64,000 nucleotides of DNA from Candidatus Poribacteria bacterium (lineage in GTDB: Bacteria > Poribacteria > WGA-4E > WGA-3G), in NCBI GenBank assembly GCA_964291315.2, contig OZ219753.1, positions 736,001 to 800,000 on the forward strand. Reading direction: 5' to 3'. Each line of letters opens with the position of its first letter. Position 1 is the first letter of the stretch. Below, piece by piece: positions 45,509 through 55,709 of this stretch. The position numbers were made by a program, and so were the translations under genes. Under the pieces are notes generated by a model. That model was given only the letters and a program-made list of their open reading frames with translations, was not told the DNA's origin and made no database searches.

Positions 45509-45946
45509 ATGAGATGTGAAAAGAAGCTTTTCCATATTGTTGTTTTCGTATGTGCATTGTTTCTATCGTCAAATTTGAGCTGTCTCCCTGTGGTGACGCA
45601 AAGTAGCGTTCGCGTTGATGATGGGATGAGAGAGATATACGAGATATCGGAGAGCGGTCTGGGGTCAATCTACAAGTGGGTACTGCCTGAAAAGCGGACT
45701 ATCAGTCGGATTGAGATCTATTTTGATTCGATTGAGCCTTTAAAAAATATGACGGTTTACGCTCGGATGGGTGAAGGCCGTTGGCGTGTTGTCAAAACTT
45801 TCAAGACTCCGATTCGACAGTCGCCGTATAGTATTCGCACGCTTCTTGTTACGGATGCTATTCGTATTGTCTTGTCATCGGCATTGGGTAATATTGATCA
45901 GATGCGTCTCTATGGGTCTTCACCGGGGAGATCGTCTGAAGATTGA
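45509..45946 (+). CDS. hypothetical exported protein
   Basis: Signal-like N-terminus; GGGGAG RBS. Confidence 0.55.
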   Translation: MRCEKKLFHIVVFVCALFLSSNLSCLPVVTQSSVRVDDGMREIYEISESGLGSIYKWVLPEKRTISRIEIYFDSIEPLKNMTVYARMGEGRWRVVKTFKTPIRQSPYSIRTLLVTDAIRIVLSSALGNIDQMRLYGSSPGRSSED

Positions 45947-46105
45947 TAATTTTGAGTGGTATCGGCTGGCTGTAGTGCGGTTTTTGTTCGGAAACAGTTT
46001 ATTAATGCGGTTTGTTGCACAATTTTCCAACAATTTCTCCACAAGTTTGTCAAATTATGGTAGGTTATTTCTAAATTTTTGTGATGAGAGATTGGAACGA
46101 ACGTA

Positions 46106-46756
46106 TTGTTTGATTTTTTAACTTTTCCATCGCTTTTAACATTGGGTGCGGATGCACTGAGGGTGCTGCTTGCGTTTGTGCTGGGTGTTTTTATTGTTAA
46201 CATTTATCGGTGGACGCATGCGGAGATTCCGCAGAAGTCGTTTACGGATACGCTCATTATTTTGTGCATGCTGATTTCGGTTGTGATGGTGATTATCGGT
46301 GATAGCATTGCGCGAGCGTTTAGTTTGGTAGGTGCGTTGTCTATTATCCGTTTTCGTACGGCTATCCAAGATCCGCGTGATATCGGTTTTGTGTTTTATG
46401 CGTTGGCTATAGGGATGGCGGTTGGTGCTGGGAATCCGTCTGTTGCGGTTTCAGCGGCTGTGCTTATCGGTATTATTATATTGGGTATCTACCAGTGGCA
46501 TGAACACTTCGGCAATAGCAATGAATTTAGCTTGGGGTTTTGTCTTCCGCCGGATCCGGGTTTAGAAGCGCTCTATCGTCCTGTTTTCGAGAGGTATCTG
46601 ATTTATGAGCGGTTACTTGAAAAACGGATAAAAAGGAGCGGTGTGGTCGAGTTGAATTTCCGAATTAAACTAACGGATCCACAAAGGTGGATCGAATTTT
46701 TTAACGAGCTATCGGGTATTGAAAAAGTGACAGAGGTAAAGCTGGATAAAGAGTGA
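46106..46756 (+). CDS. DUF4956 membrane protein
   Basis: AFSLVGALSIIRFRTAIQDPRDIGFVFYALAIGMAVG. Confidence 0.85.
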   Translation: MFDFLTFPSLLTLGADALRVLLAFVLGVFIVNIYRWTHAEIPQKSFTDTLIILCMLISVVMVIIGDSIARAFSLVGALSIIRFRTAIQDPRDIGFVFYALAIGMAVGAGNPSVAVSAAVLIGIIILGIYQWHEHFGNSNEFSLGFCLPPDPGLEALYRPVFERYLIYERLLEKRIKRSGVVELNFRIKLTDPQRWIEFFNELSGIEKVTEVKLDKE

Positions 46757-46823
46757 GCACACCGGTTGGAAATCTGGGTTTTTCTATACGAGATAGGTCT
46801 ACACAATTTAGGAGGAGAATACG

Positions 46824-49271
46824 GTGAAACAATTTAGATCGGTAATGTTGATTGTTCTGATAATGGTTGGGTGTGTGTTAGGGGCAGATGTTGAAAGCGA
46901 TCAAAAAGCGTCGGCGTTATCGTCGGAGGAAAATCGGTTCGATCTCAACAGAGACGGTGAGCTGAGTGCTGAAGAAGATGGGCTTATGTTTCGGGTTACA
47001 AGTCTGGAGGCGCTCATCGGGGATACCCTCAGTTCTGAAGAGATTGCGCGGATGGAGGTTACGGGTCAGCCGGAGGGAGGCTTTGGTGGCAGGGGTCGTG
47101 GTCGGGGTCCTAGGCTTGCAGAGAAGCTGGTTGAACGGTTCGATAAAGATAGTGATGGAAAATTAACGGGTGCTGAGCGCCAGGCTGCGTTGGATGCGCG
47201 TGAGGGTGGCACTGCTACGCTGCTGAGTGCGTCCAGATTGAATGAGGGTGTTCAGAACGATGTGCAGGCGAGTCTAACTTCTGTGCCGGAAGGTTCCCCG
47301 CTGCTCTACGATGCGGAGACGGTCCGGACGCTCTATCTCCGGTTTCATCATGAGGATTGGTATCAGCAGATGAACGCGTTTTATCGCACGGATATTGAGG
47401 TTCCGGCTGAATTAATTGTGGATGGGGAGGTCTACTCGGACGTAGGGGTGCATTTTCGGGGCACTTCCTCCTATTTCACGGTTGATTCGGAAAAGAAGTC
47501 CTTTAATATTGCGGTTGATTACGGTGAAGCTGGTCAGCGTCTCTATGGTTACAAGACGCTGAACCTGCTGAACGGGCATGTTGATGCTTCTTTTCTGCGC
47601 GAGGTTCTCTACAATCGGATATCCCGCGCGTATATGCCGGCGATGAAAACGAACTTTGTGAAATTGGTCGTTAATGGTGAAAACTGGGGTGTTTATATCA
47701 ATCTTCAGCAGTATAATAAAGATTTTCTTGCGGAGTGGTTTGGCACAAAAGGTGGTGTGCGTTGGAAAGTGGGTCCTGGTAGCGGTGGTGCGTTGAATTA
47801 TAACGGTGAGGATCCTGCAGCGTATCGAGAGACGTACCAGCTGAAGACGCGCAATGTTGAGGATCCCTGGTCGGGTCTCATCGCGCTCTGTCGAATGCTG
47901 AGCGATGAAACGTCTGATGAGGTGCTGGTGCAGGGTCTTCCGTCTTTACTGAACGTGGATCAGGTGTTGTGGCAGCTTGCTGTATCAAATGTGTTCATGG
48001 ATGATGATGGTTACATCCACAAGGGCGGGGATTACGCGATTTATCAGGATGTGAAGGGTAGGTTCCATCTTATACCGCATGACAACAATGAGAGTATCAG
48101 GTTCGCGCGTGGGGGTCGCGGTGGTCCTGGTGGTCGCGGTGGTCGCGGCGGTCCGGGTAACTGGTCTTGGGGCGAGCTCACGGATGGCATGATCTCGCCG
48201 GTGACGCATGAAGGCGACTCAGCTCGTCCTCTTATTAAACGGCTGCTTTCACATCCGGAGTGGCGGGCCCGTTATCTTGCGCATGTGCGCACTGTTGTAG
48301 ATGAATGGCTTGATTGGGAAGTACTGGGTCCGGTTGTTGAAGGATACATGGCGCTCATAGATGCGGATGTCGAAAAAGACGATAAAAAACTTTACGGATA
48401 CGAGGAGTTTGCCGGTCAGGCGTTGCCGGGTCTTAGGGATTTTATCACTCGTCGTCGTGAATATCTGTTGGGTCATCCGGAGTTGAATAGGCCGACCCTG
48501 AAAATTCTCTCAGTGGCTGTCGAACCTGAAACCGCTCCGATAGCGGATACGTCTGTGCGCGTTAGGGCAGTTCTTGACGAGTCTGTTGGGGTTGACTCGG
48601 TTTTGTTGCATTACAGTGCTCAACGGTATTCTGTTTTTAATCGTGTGCGGATGACACAGTTGAGCGATAAGAGTTTTGTTGGTACAATCCCTGCGTTTTC
48701 AGCGGGAACGCTGGTTTACTATTATGTTGAGGCGAATGCGGTGGGGACTCATGGCACCTCGGTTTTTTCGCCGGTGCGTGCGGAGTTGGGTGCTGCGCAG
48801 TATCGGGCGCGTGTGCCTATGGCGGTAAAGGGGCCTGTTGTCATCAATGAGCTGATGGCGGCTAACACGGGTAGCGTGACGGATCCGCAGGGGCAATACG
48901 AGGATTGGCTTGAGCTGTACAACGTGACGGACGCTGTTGTAAGTCTGTCTGGGATGTATTTAACGGATAAAATGGACAATCCGAAAAAGTGGGCGTTTCC
49001 GGAGGGTACGGCGATTCCTGCGCGGGGGTATCTGCTTGTGTGGTTAGATGAGGACGGTAGAGCTGAAGCTGGTCTCCATGCGAATTTTAAGTTGTCGCGT
49101 GGCGGTGAAACTGTGGCTCTCATTGATAGCGATACACGCGGTAATCAGGTGCTTGATAGTGTGACGTTTGAAAAGCAGGAGGCGGATGTTGCTCTCGGCA
49201 GGTGGCCGAATGGGAGCGGGGAGCTGAGACGTGTGGAGACTACCCCCGGTAAGGAAAATAGGTATCGTTAA
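46824..49271 (+). CDS. CotH kinase family protein with EF-hand-like motifs and a C-terminal lamin-tail domain
   Basis: GVHFRGTSS, KKSFNI, LREVL, NWGVYIN, IPHDNNES; VVINELMAAN...DWLELYN; FKLSRGGE. Confidence 0.85.
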   Translation: MKQFRSVMLIVLIMVGCVLGADVESDQKASALSSEENRFDLNRDGELSAEEDGLMFRVTSLEALIGDTLSSEEIARMEVTGQPEGGFGGRGRGRGPRLAEKLVERFDKDSDGKLTGAERQAALDAREGGTATLLSASRLNEGVQNDVQASLTSVPEGSPLLYDAETVRTLYLRFHHEDWYQQMNAFYRTDIEVPAELIVDGEVYSDVGVHFRGTSSYFTVDSEKKSFNIAVDYGEAGQRLYGYKTLNLLNGHVDASFLREVLYNRISRAYMPAMKTNFVKLVVNGENWGVYINLQQYNKDFLAEWFGTKGGVRWKVGPGSGGALNYNGEDPAAYRETYQLKTRNVEDPWSGLIALCRMLSDETSDEVLVQGLPSLLNVDQVLWQLAVSNVFMDDDGYIHKGGDYAIYQDVKGRFHLIPHDNNESIRFARGGRGGPGGRGGRGGPGNWSWGELTDGMISPVTHEGDSARPLIKRLLSHPEWRARYLAHVRTVVDEWLDWEVLGPVVEGYMALIDADVEKDDKKLYGYEEFAGQALPGLRDFITRRREYLLGHPELNRPTLKILSVAVEPETAPIADTSVRVRAVLDESVGVDSVLLHYSAQRYSVFNRVRMTQLSDKSFVGTIPAFSAGTLVYYYVEANAVGTHGTSVFSPVRAELGAAQYRARVPMAVKGPVVINELMAANTGSVTDPQGQYEDWLELYNVTDAVVSLSGMYLTDKMDNPKKWAFPEGTAIPARGYLLVWLDEDGRAEAGLHANFKLSRGGETVALIDSDTRGNQVLDSVTFEKQEADVALGRWPNGSGELRRVETTPGKENRYR

Positions 49272-49276
49272 AAACC

Positions 49277-49303
49277 GAACCTTTTGTTTTCTGTTTAGTC
49301 TAA
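49277..49303 (+). promoter_or_regulatory. sigmaE-type (ECF) promoter, probably autoregulatory
   Basis: GAACCT-N16-TCTAA directly upstream of an ECF sigma gene. Confidence 0.65.
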
Positions 49304-49454
49304 TGAAGTAGCGGGTGGTTTATCGGTTATCGGCGGTTGTTTAAGGGTTTGTAGTGGCTGGTAAAGACGATTGGCGCTGGGATACCGGTACGGCCTCCTG
49401 CTAATTGAGGTATGACATTTATAGAGAGCATTTTTTTATATTTGGAGAAAAAGT

Positions 49455-50075
49455 ATGTCCGTTGCAACACTTACAGCTGCTATGGAAAATTGTACGGAGA
49501 TGGGAGACACAGCAGAATTAGATCGGGTGCAAGAGCAAGAGTTGGTTTTGCGCTGTCAGCAGGGCGATGTTGATGCGATGGAAATTCTTGTTGTTCGTTA
49601 TCAAGATTGGGTTTACAACATTGCGTATGGTCTTTTGGGTCATCACCATGATGCGGAGGATGTTTCGCAGGATGTGTTTCTTTCTGTGTGGGAGAATATA
49701 GGGAAATTTGAGTTTCGTTCTCGTTTTTCCACGTGGCTTTACCGCGTTGTGAAAAACAAGTGTCTTAATCAGATGGATCGGTATCAGCGTCGGAAAACGG
49801 ATCCGATGGAGATTGATGATTCGCAGTCGTGGGTTCCGCTGGATATGTTGAGTCCTGAGAAGGCGGCGCTGCGTTCGGAAGAGAGAGATATTGTTCATAG
49901 GGCCTTAGGGAAGCTTAAAGAGAGTCACAGAGAGATACTGGTGTTGCGTGAGCTGCGGGAGCACACTTACGAAGAGATTTCTGAAATTTTGGGTTGTACG
50001 CTTGGTCGGGTCAAGTCTCGGTTGCATGAGGCTCGGCAGGCGCTGAAAACAGAATTGGAGCGGTTTGAGTGGTAG
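49455..50075 (+). CDS. ECF RNA polymerase sigma factor (RpoE/SigW-like)
   Basis: DAEDVSQDVF, FSTWLYR, YEEISEILG..LGRVKSRLH.AR. Confidence 0.92.
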   Translation: MSVATLTAAMENCTEMGDTAELDRVQEQELVLRCQQGDVDAMEILVVRYQDWVYNIAYGLLGHHHDAEDVSQDVFLSVWENIGKFEFRSRFSTWLYRVVKNKCLNQMDRYQRRKTDPMEIDDSQSWVPLDMLSPEKAALRSEERDIVHRALGKLKESHREILVLRELREHTYEEISEILGCTLGRVKSRLHEARQALKTELERFEW

Positions 50076-50107
50076 TTCCGTTTTGCTGCCACGTTGGATT
50101 TGAAGAC

Positions 50108-50881
50108 ATGGATCATCAAAGTATTGAGAAGGAATTATCGGCTTATTTAGATGGGGAATTAGCGCCTGTGGTGCGTGAGCGGTTGGAAGCGCATGTGGGT
50201 TCTTGCGTTGAGTGTGCTGATATGCTGTCGGTGTTGGAAAAGAATCGTCGGTTGATTGCTGGTCTCTCAAGTGCTGTGCCGTCGAGGTTGAAGGATAGCG
50301 TGATGGCGGAGATCCATGCGCGGTTTCAAGATGAATTATCGGCTTATTTAGATGGGGAATTAGCGCCTGTGGTGCGTGAGCGATTGGAAGCGCATCTCCG
50401 CTGCTGCGATGCATGTTCTGCGCAGCTTGCTGGTTTTCGGCGGAATCGTGAGCGGATCAAAGGGCTTGAGCGTCGTGCGCCGTCATCTATTCAGAGGGGC
50501 GTAATGGCGCGTATAGGTGATCAGGTGCCGGGTGTGAGCGGGGAGGTGGCTGTTCGTCTTTTACGGCTGCCGGCTATTGGTGGCCGGCTATTGGATATTG
50601 GGCGCTGGTTCCTCCGTCCTGTTACGGCGGGTGCGACCGGTATCTTGACGCTTGCGCTGGTTTTAGGTGCGTTCTACTTTTATCCGTCCGGTTCTCACTA
50701 TGAAGAGACGCTGGATTTTTACTTTGGTCTTCATACGGAACAGATAGGTAGCCCGTTTTCAGATGATGAGGCAGCGCCGTTGCCGTTGCCTGGACAGGAC
50801 GGGGATACCGAGATGTTTCTGAATCTGTATCTGGAAAATGTGGGCATTGGCAATTTTTCCCAACAGTTAACTGGTAGATGA
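50108..50881 (+). CDS. anti-sigma factor with two tandem zf-HC2 (ZAS) domains and a TM helix
   Basis: ELSAYLDGEL...HVGSCVEC and ...HLRCCDAC; 63-bp DNA repeat at 50132-50194 and 50333-50395. Confidence 0.85.
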   Translation: MDHQSIEKELSAYLDGELAPVVRERLEAHVGSCVECADMLSVLEKNRRLIAGLSSAVPSRLKDSVMAEIHARFQDELSAYLDGELAPVVRERLEAHLRCCDACSAQLAGFRRNRERIKGLERRAPSSIQRGVMARIGDQVPGVSGEVAVRLLRLPAIGGRLLDIGRWFLRPVTAGATGILTLALVLGAFYFYPSGSHYEETLDFYFGLHTEQIGSPFSDDEAAPLPLPGQDGDTEMFLNLYLENVGIGNFSQQLTGR

Positions 50882-50885
50882 ATCG

Positions 50886-51971
50886 ATGCGAATTTATAGC
50901 TATTCAATTTTGTATTATAAAAATTTGAGCGTTTCGTTGTCTCTACTCTTTAGTTTGATGTGTGTGCCGGCTGTGCTTTTTGCGGATTTCGGTACGCTTG
51001 AACGGCTTGCGGAGGCTGAGCGTAAGGTTAGCTATGTAGGTGTGCGCTTGAAGACGGTTAATTCGTCGAGAGGTGTAGGGACCTATGAAGAGATGGTTAT
51101 TCATCAACCGCCGGGTGTTGCGTATGGGATGGAGCTATCTGCGGTGGGCAAGCGTAAGTCGTTTAGGGGTTCCCATGGCGATGAATTGAGTGGTAGTCGT
51201 GGAAGCGATCGGTGGCGTGAGCGTGGCGTCGGTCGCGGGCATATTCGTGAAAAACGGTTGGAGGGTCGTAAGTGGCGCAGGGTCAGGGGTCTATTTTCAG
51301 AGAAGGAGATTGGACTTATTGCGGAGAACTATGATCTAGCGACCTCGGTGTCGACGGAGAAGATAGCGAGTCATGAGACTGATATTTTAACGATTACCCC
51401 GAAGTTTGCTGGCAGGCCGATGCATCGTATTTTTTTTGCGCGCGAAAATGGGGTGATTTTGCGGGTTGAGACCTTTGATGCTGATGATGTTCTCCGGGCG
51501 ATTCTTGTGTATACTCGGATTAGTTTTGATTCTGCGGCTGTGGAGCGTAAATGGCAGTTAGTTCAAGGAGAGCTAATGCCGGAGCGTGAGCAGGGTTACG
51601 CGATTTCGCTTTCTGAGGCGGGTAAAATCCTTGAGACTGCGCCTATTCAACCTGCATACCTGCCGCCCGGTTTTCAGCTGCAAGAGATTCATCGCGTAAA
51701 CAATAGAAAGAAGACGATCCATCTGATTTATACGGATGGGTTATTGGGTTTCTCCATATTTGAAACGACCGATAAGCCGCGTCGTCGTAGCAATAGGCGC
51801 AGAGAAGAGCCGAGGGTGATTGAGGGTACGCGCGTGTATACGCATCAGCGTGGTCGGACTCGGACGTTTAGCTGGAGCAGTGCGGATATCCGTTTCTTCT
51901 TGTTCGGTGCGATGCCGGCCGTTGAGATGGAAAAGGTTGTGAGATCTATACTTCAGAACAGAGAGAAATAG
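50886..51971 (+). CDS. MucB/RseB-like periplasmic regulator
   Basis: Position after the anti-sigma gene; PAYLPPGF, HLIYTDGLLGFSIFE. Confidence 0.75.
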   Translation: MRIYSYSILYYKNLSVSLSLLFSLMCVPAVLFADFGTLERLAEAERKVSYVGVRLKTVNSSRGVGTYEEMVIHQPPGVAYGMELSAVGKRKSFRGSHGDELSGSRGSDRWRERGVGRGHIREKRLEGRKWRRVRGLFSEKEIGLIAENYDLATSVSTEKIASHETDILTITPKFAGRPMHRIFFARENGVILRVETFDADDVLRAILVYTRISFDSAAVERKWQLVQGELMPEREQGYAISLSEAGKILETAPIQPAYLPPGFQLQEIHRVNNRKKTIHLIYTDGLLGFSIFETTDKPRRRSNRRREEPRVIEGTRVYTHQRGRTRTFSWSSADIRFFLFGAMPAVEMEKVVRSILQNREK

Positions 51972-51981
51972 GGAGTGAAAA

Positions 51982-52791
51982 ATGCAGATATTCAATGCTG
52001 TTATGTTGGGTGTTATTTTGACAGGGTTGTTCACGGTTAACAGTGTGGGTGCTGACAGTGCGAAGGCGGCTCTTGAAGCGTCGCCGCGCCACGGCGAGTG
52101 GGTGAAAGTGCCGGGTGCGGATGGGCGTGTCGTCAACGCGTTTGTGGTTTACCCGGAAGTGAAGGAGCCCGCAACGGCTATTATTGTTATTCATGAGATA
52201 TTTGGACTGACAGACTGGATACGGCTCGTAGCCGATAGACTGGCTGCGGAAGGTTTCGTTGCAATTTGTCCCGACCTGCTTTCTGGTATGGGGCCTGAGG
52301 GTAGCGGCACTGATGGTTTTGCGTCGGGCGATGATGTTCGTCGGTCTATCCGAGAGCTTTCCTCTGCTCAGGTTATGTCGGATCTGGACGCGGTTCAGCG
52401 GTATGCGCGGGAGCTGCCTTCAACAAACGACACAGTAGCGGTTTCGGGGTTCTGTTGGGGCGGTGGTCAAACTTTCAGTTATGCCGTCACGTCTGATACA
52501 ATTGCTGCGGGTTTTGTGTTCTATGGGCGTGCTCCGGCGGTAGCGGATGTGCCTAAGATATCTGTGCCGGTGTATGGTTTCTACGGTGAAAGCGACAACC
52601 GCATCAATGCCACGATTGACGCAACAAAAGCAGCAGCCGATGCTGCAAAGGTCACCTATGAGCCTGTGATCTACGAAGGCGTTGGACACGCTTTCTTGAG
52701 GCGCGGTATGGGAACGGATGCCGACGAAGCACAGAAAACGGCTACTAAGGCAGCGTGGAAACGGTGGGTTTCTCTCCTGAGGGGGCTTTGA
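51982..52791 (+). CDS. dienelactone hydrolase family protein
   Basis: IHEIFGL, GFCWGG, GHAF. Confidence 0.9.
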   Translation: MQIFNAVMLGVILTGLFTVNSVGADSAKAALEASPRHGEWVKVPGADGRVVNAFVVYPEVKEPATAIIVIHEIFGLTDWIRLVADRLAAEGFVAICPDLLSGMGPEGSGTDGFASGDDVRRSIRELSSAQVMSDLDAVQRYARELPSTNDTVAVSGFCWGGGQTFSYAVTSDTIAAGFVFYGRAPAVADVPKISVPVYGFYGESDNRINATIDATKAAADAAKVTYEPVIYEGVGHAFLRRGMGTDADEAQKTATKAAWKRWVSLLRGL

Positions 52792-52838
52792 ACTTGCGGT
52801 GTCGTGCGTGCGCAGCTGTCTAGATGATTATCGGGTGT

Positions 52839-55646
52839 TCAAGTTGTAGGAGTTACTTCGGATGGGAGGTTCTCAATGATTTTGGCGGATTCAACGCTCA
52901 TATAGACGATGCGTTCTATGGCGGTGATGAGGTCGCGGGGGTTGTCAAACCAACCGTTTGGGTCGTTGAGAATGCGGTTGTTGTTTTCTGGGAGCTTAAT
53001 GAGATACCGGTTCATAAACCACTCTAGCGGTGTTCTGCCGTTAACGACATATTGGTGTGCCTCTTTTGGGATCCCGGCTAATTGGAGATGCTCGTTGATG
53101 ATGAGCGTCTTCTTTGTTTTTTTGTCGGCAAACCGCATCGCGCGTGTGCCTAACCGAAAATGCTTTGGCTGCTCCGCTCCCGGAAGGAGGGAGGGCGTGA
53201 CGGGTTCAACTTTAATATTAGGATACCTTTTGCACGTTTCATAATTGAGGTGCAGTTTTGCGAGTGCTTTCCCCGCTTCAGCAAAAGCACGGAAGTCTGG
53301 GGCATACGGGATGCGCGGCAGCATTTTGGATAAATCGTTTGCGAATCGTTCGGAATAATTGCGTGCATGCAGAATGCCGTAGGCGTAGTCGAAGATGTCG
53401 TCTTTTGTGAGCGTATCGTCTTTGTAATGCTGCTGAAAGGCGTGCAGGGCGGTGTCTGAAATGTTGTCTACGCGCTCGGGTTGGCATGCGCCTGTTATCT
53501 GCTGTGTCTCTGAGGGTTTTGGGTATCGCCACCGTGGGAAACATTGCGTTCCGGCTTCGTTAAGGTTAAGGTCTGTCATTACATCGGTTATTAGAACGGA
53601 AAAGTGGGTTTTCCATCCCTTGCCGGGGACACAAATGACCCGGTTTTCACTTGAATCTTCGGGGAACATTCTATCTATTTGCCCTTTTACAGTAATAAAG
53701 GTGTAATCCGCGTAAAAATGAGTGGCAATGAAAGGGCGATACATACATCTCCTGATATACTTAGCATCGAAGGCGGTTTCTGTCTGCCTTTTCAAGTTAT
53801 TCTTGAGTTCTCTATTCCATTTGACATTTTCTGTGTAGTGTTCCACCACTTGATCTACTGTGCGTTGGGGGTTCTCCGAAAATTCGCGAAGCGCGGATAG
53901 ATAGTCTTGTGTCATCTGCAGCGCGTTTTTGGCGAGAGTATCGCGTGAAAAATTGTAGACGTATGCGTCTCGGTTTGTTGACACCCCTAACGAATACATT
54001 TGAAATATAGCATTATCTGCTTTCCCTTTTTTTGCTTCCTCAGTGCCCATCGGATAGAATTCAGTAAATACGTCGTTGCGTTGTCGGATCCAATCGTGGT
54101 GTGCGTCGGGTTTGATAAGTTGCCAATCCGTAAATCCTGATATTGATTTTGCCTGTTGCAGTTTCTCCAATTTTTCTTTACGTTTGAGGTTCCGGCCTAT
54201 ATCTCGGTAATAGATACGGCATTCGTTATTTGGGGCGTTTGCGTTCTTAATCAGGATTGTAATTGCAACGGGCGATTGGGTTGCGCCTCCAAAGACTCCT
54301 TCTCCTTCGTGTTGCCCCTGCTGTCCATATACTGTGGCATCCCCGAGTAGGTTCAAAGCGTAAATAGAGCTGAATTCCTTTGGTAAGTATGCACGGAATC
54401 CTTGACTTGTGGGTCTGTCGATCCAGGAAGCAGGTGTAACGAATGCGACAATTCCATTTTTCTGTTCATGAATTCTATCGGAAGCCCATCGGATTGCCAT
54501 CTTATATAAGTTATAGAGGTGTCTAACAAGTTTTGTGTTAGCGTGAGCTGCATAGGTTGATTTGATTCGTTCTTCAAGCTCAGGGTATCTAGCATTAGGG
54601 TTATCGTCCGCGGCATTTTTTTGTCCTGCTGACCAGGGCGGATTGCCGATGATCACTTGGATGGGGAGCTGCTGTTGGTGCTCGGCGCGCTGGTTGTTTT
54701 CTGCCATAAGGTCTTTCGGGAAGAGAGTGGGGTCTTCTGTTTTGTTTAGGTTGAAGGTGTCGGTCAGCACAATGCCGTCAAAAGGTTCGTAGCGGCTATC
54801 GCCGCCGCGCTGTGTGCGGAAGGCTTCTTCGATGTTGACAGAGGCGATGTAGTAGGCGAGCAGGAGGATTTCGTTTGCGTGGAGTTCTGTGCGGTATTTG
54901 CGTTCCAGATCTTGTGGCTGGATGAGCCCGGATTGCAGCAGCTGCACCAGGAAGGTGCCGGTGCCGGTGAACGGGTCGAGGATATGCACGCCTTCGTCGC
55001 TGATCGTTTTTCCGAATTCTGTTTTTAGTACCTCATTGACGGTATGCAGGACGAAATCCACAACGGGTATGGGTGTGTAGGCGATCCCGAGTCGTTCAGA
55101 CTCTTTTTTGAGTGCCTTCTTGAAAAGTTGTTCGTAGAGGTCTGATAAGACGGTTTGTCGTCCTGCGGTGCTGTTGAGTCCGCTGACGCGGGTTCGGACG
55201 CTGTCATAGAAGGGTTGCAAGTCTTGTGTTTCGCTGCCGAGTCCGAATGTTGCGAACTGCTTTTCTAGGGCGTCTAGGGTCTGAGCGACGGGGTTGCCTG
55301 CTGAGAAGTCGTAGTCTACGAAAAGTGCGTCGAAGACGGGACTGGTTAGGATGTGCTGCGCGATCATATCGATGGCGTTTTCGCGGGTAATTGCGGTGTT
55401 AATGGTCTCTTTAAGTTCTGTATAGAAGTTTTCGAATTGTTGGTTGAGGGTGCTATTTTCGGGGTTTTTCAGGAGGTTCACGATTCGGTCGACGAGTCGG
55501 GTGAAGATGTGTGCGACATCCTTTTCTGATATGCCGAAGCTAGCGGCTTTGTAGTCGGCGAGTTCCCCGAGTTCAACTTGGAAGCCGGGGCTGGTCTGCT
55601 GACTTCTGGTTTGGAGGTCTAGATAGTTTTGTGTTGCGTTTGGCAT
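52839..55646 (-). CDS. Type ISP-derived N6-adenine methyltransferase plus TRD, lacking nuclease and helicase
   Basis: ILDPFTGTGTF, IIGNPPW, YRPF, Type ISP C-terminal domain; mosaic N-terminus. Confidence 0.85.
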   Translation of the reverse strand: MPNATQNYLDLQTRSQQTSPGFQVELGELADYKAASFGISEKDVAHIFTRLVDRIVNLLKNPENSTLNQQFENFYTELKETINTAITRENAIDMIAQHILTSPVFDALFVDYDFSAGNPVAQTLDALEKQFATFGLGSETQDLQPFYDSVRTRVSGLNSTAGRQTVLSDLYEQLFKKALKKESERLGIAYTPIPVVDFVLHTVNEVLKTEFGKTISDEGVHILDPFTGTGTFLVQLLQSGLIQPQDLERKYRTELHANEILLLAYYIASVNIEEAFRTQRGGDSRYEPFDGIVLTDTFNLNKTEDPTLFPKDLMAENNQRAEHQQQLPIQVIIGNPPWSAGQKNAADDNPNARYPELEERIKSTYAAHANTKLVRHLYNLYKMAIRWASDRIHEQKNGIVAFVTPASWIDRPTSQGFRAYLPKEFSSIYALNLLGDATVYGQQGQHEGEGVFGGATQSPVAITILIKNANAPNNECRIYYRDIGRNLKRKEKLEKLQQAKSISGFTDWQLIKPDAHHDWIRQRNDVFTEFYPMGTEEAKKGKADNAIFQMYSLGVSTNRDAYVYNFSRDTLAKNALQMTQDYLSALREFSENPQRTVDQVVEHYTENVKWNRELKNNLKRQTETAFDAKYIRRCMYRPFIATHFYADYTFITVKGQIDRMFPEDSSENRVICVPGKGWKTHFSVLITDVMTDLNLNEAGTQCFPRWRYPKPSETQQITGACQPERVDNISDTALHAFQQHYKDDTLTKDDIFDYAYGILHARNYSERFANDLSKMLPRIPYAPDFRAFAEAGKALAKLHLNYETCKRYPNIKVEPVTPSLLPGAEQPKHFRLGTRAMRFADKKTKKTLIINEHLQLAGIPKEAHQYVVNGRTPLEWFMNRYLIKLPENNNRILNDPNGWFDNPRDLITAIERIVYMSVESAKIIENLPSEVTPTT

Positions 55647-55709
55647 AGCGGGTTTTCACTTTCCCTGCGGTGCCGCACATCCGCAGCTGTCTAGATGATT
55701 ATCGGGTGT

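Noticed and set aside
46040-46052. DnaA-box-like TTCTCCACA (also near 23720 and 36016) as an origin
   Set aside because: Isolated imperfect matches, no cluster and no visible skew switch.
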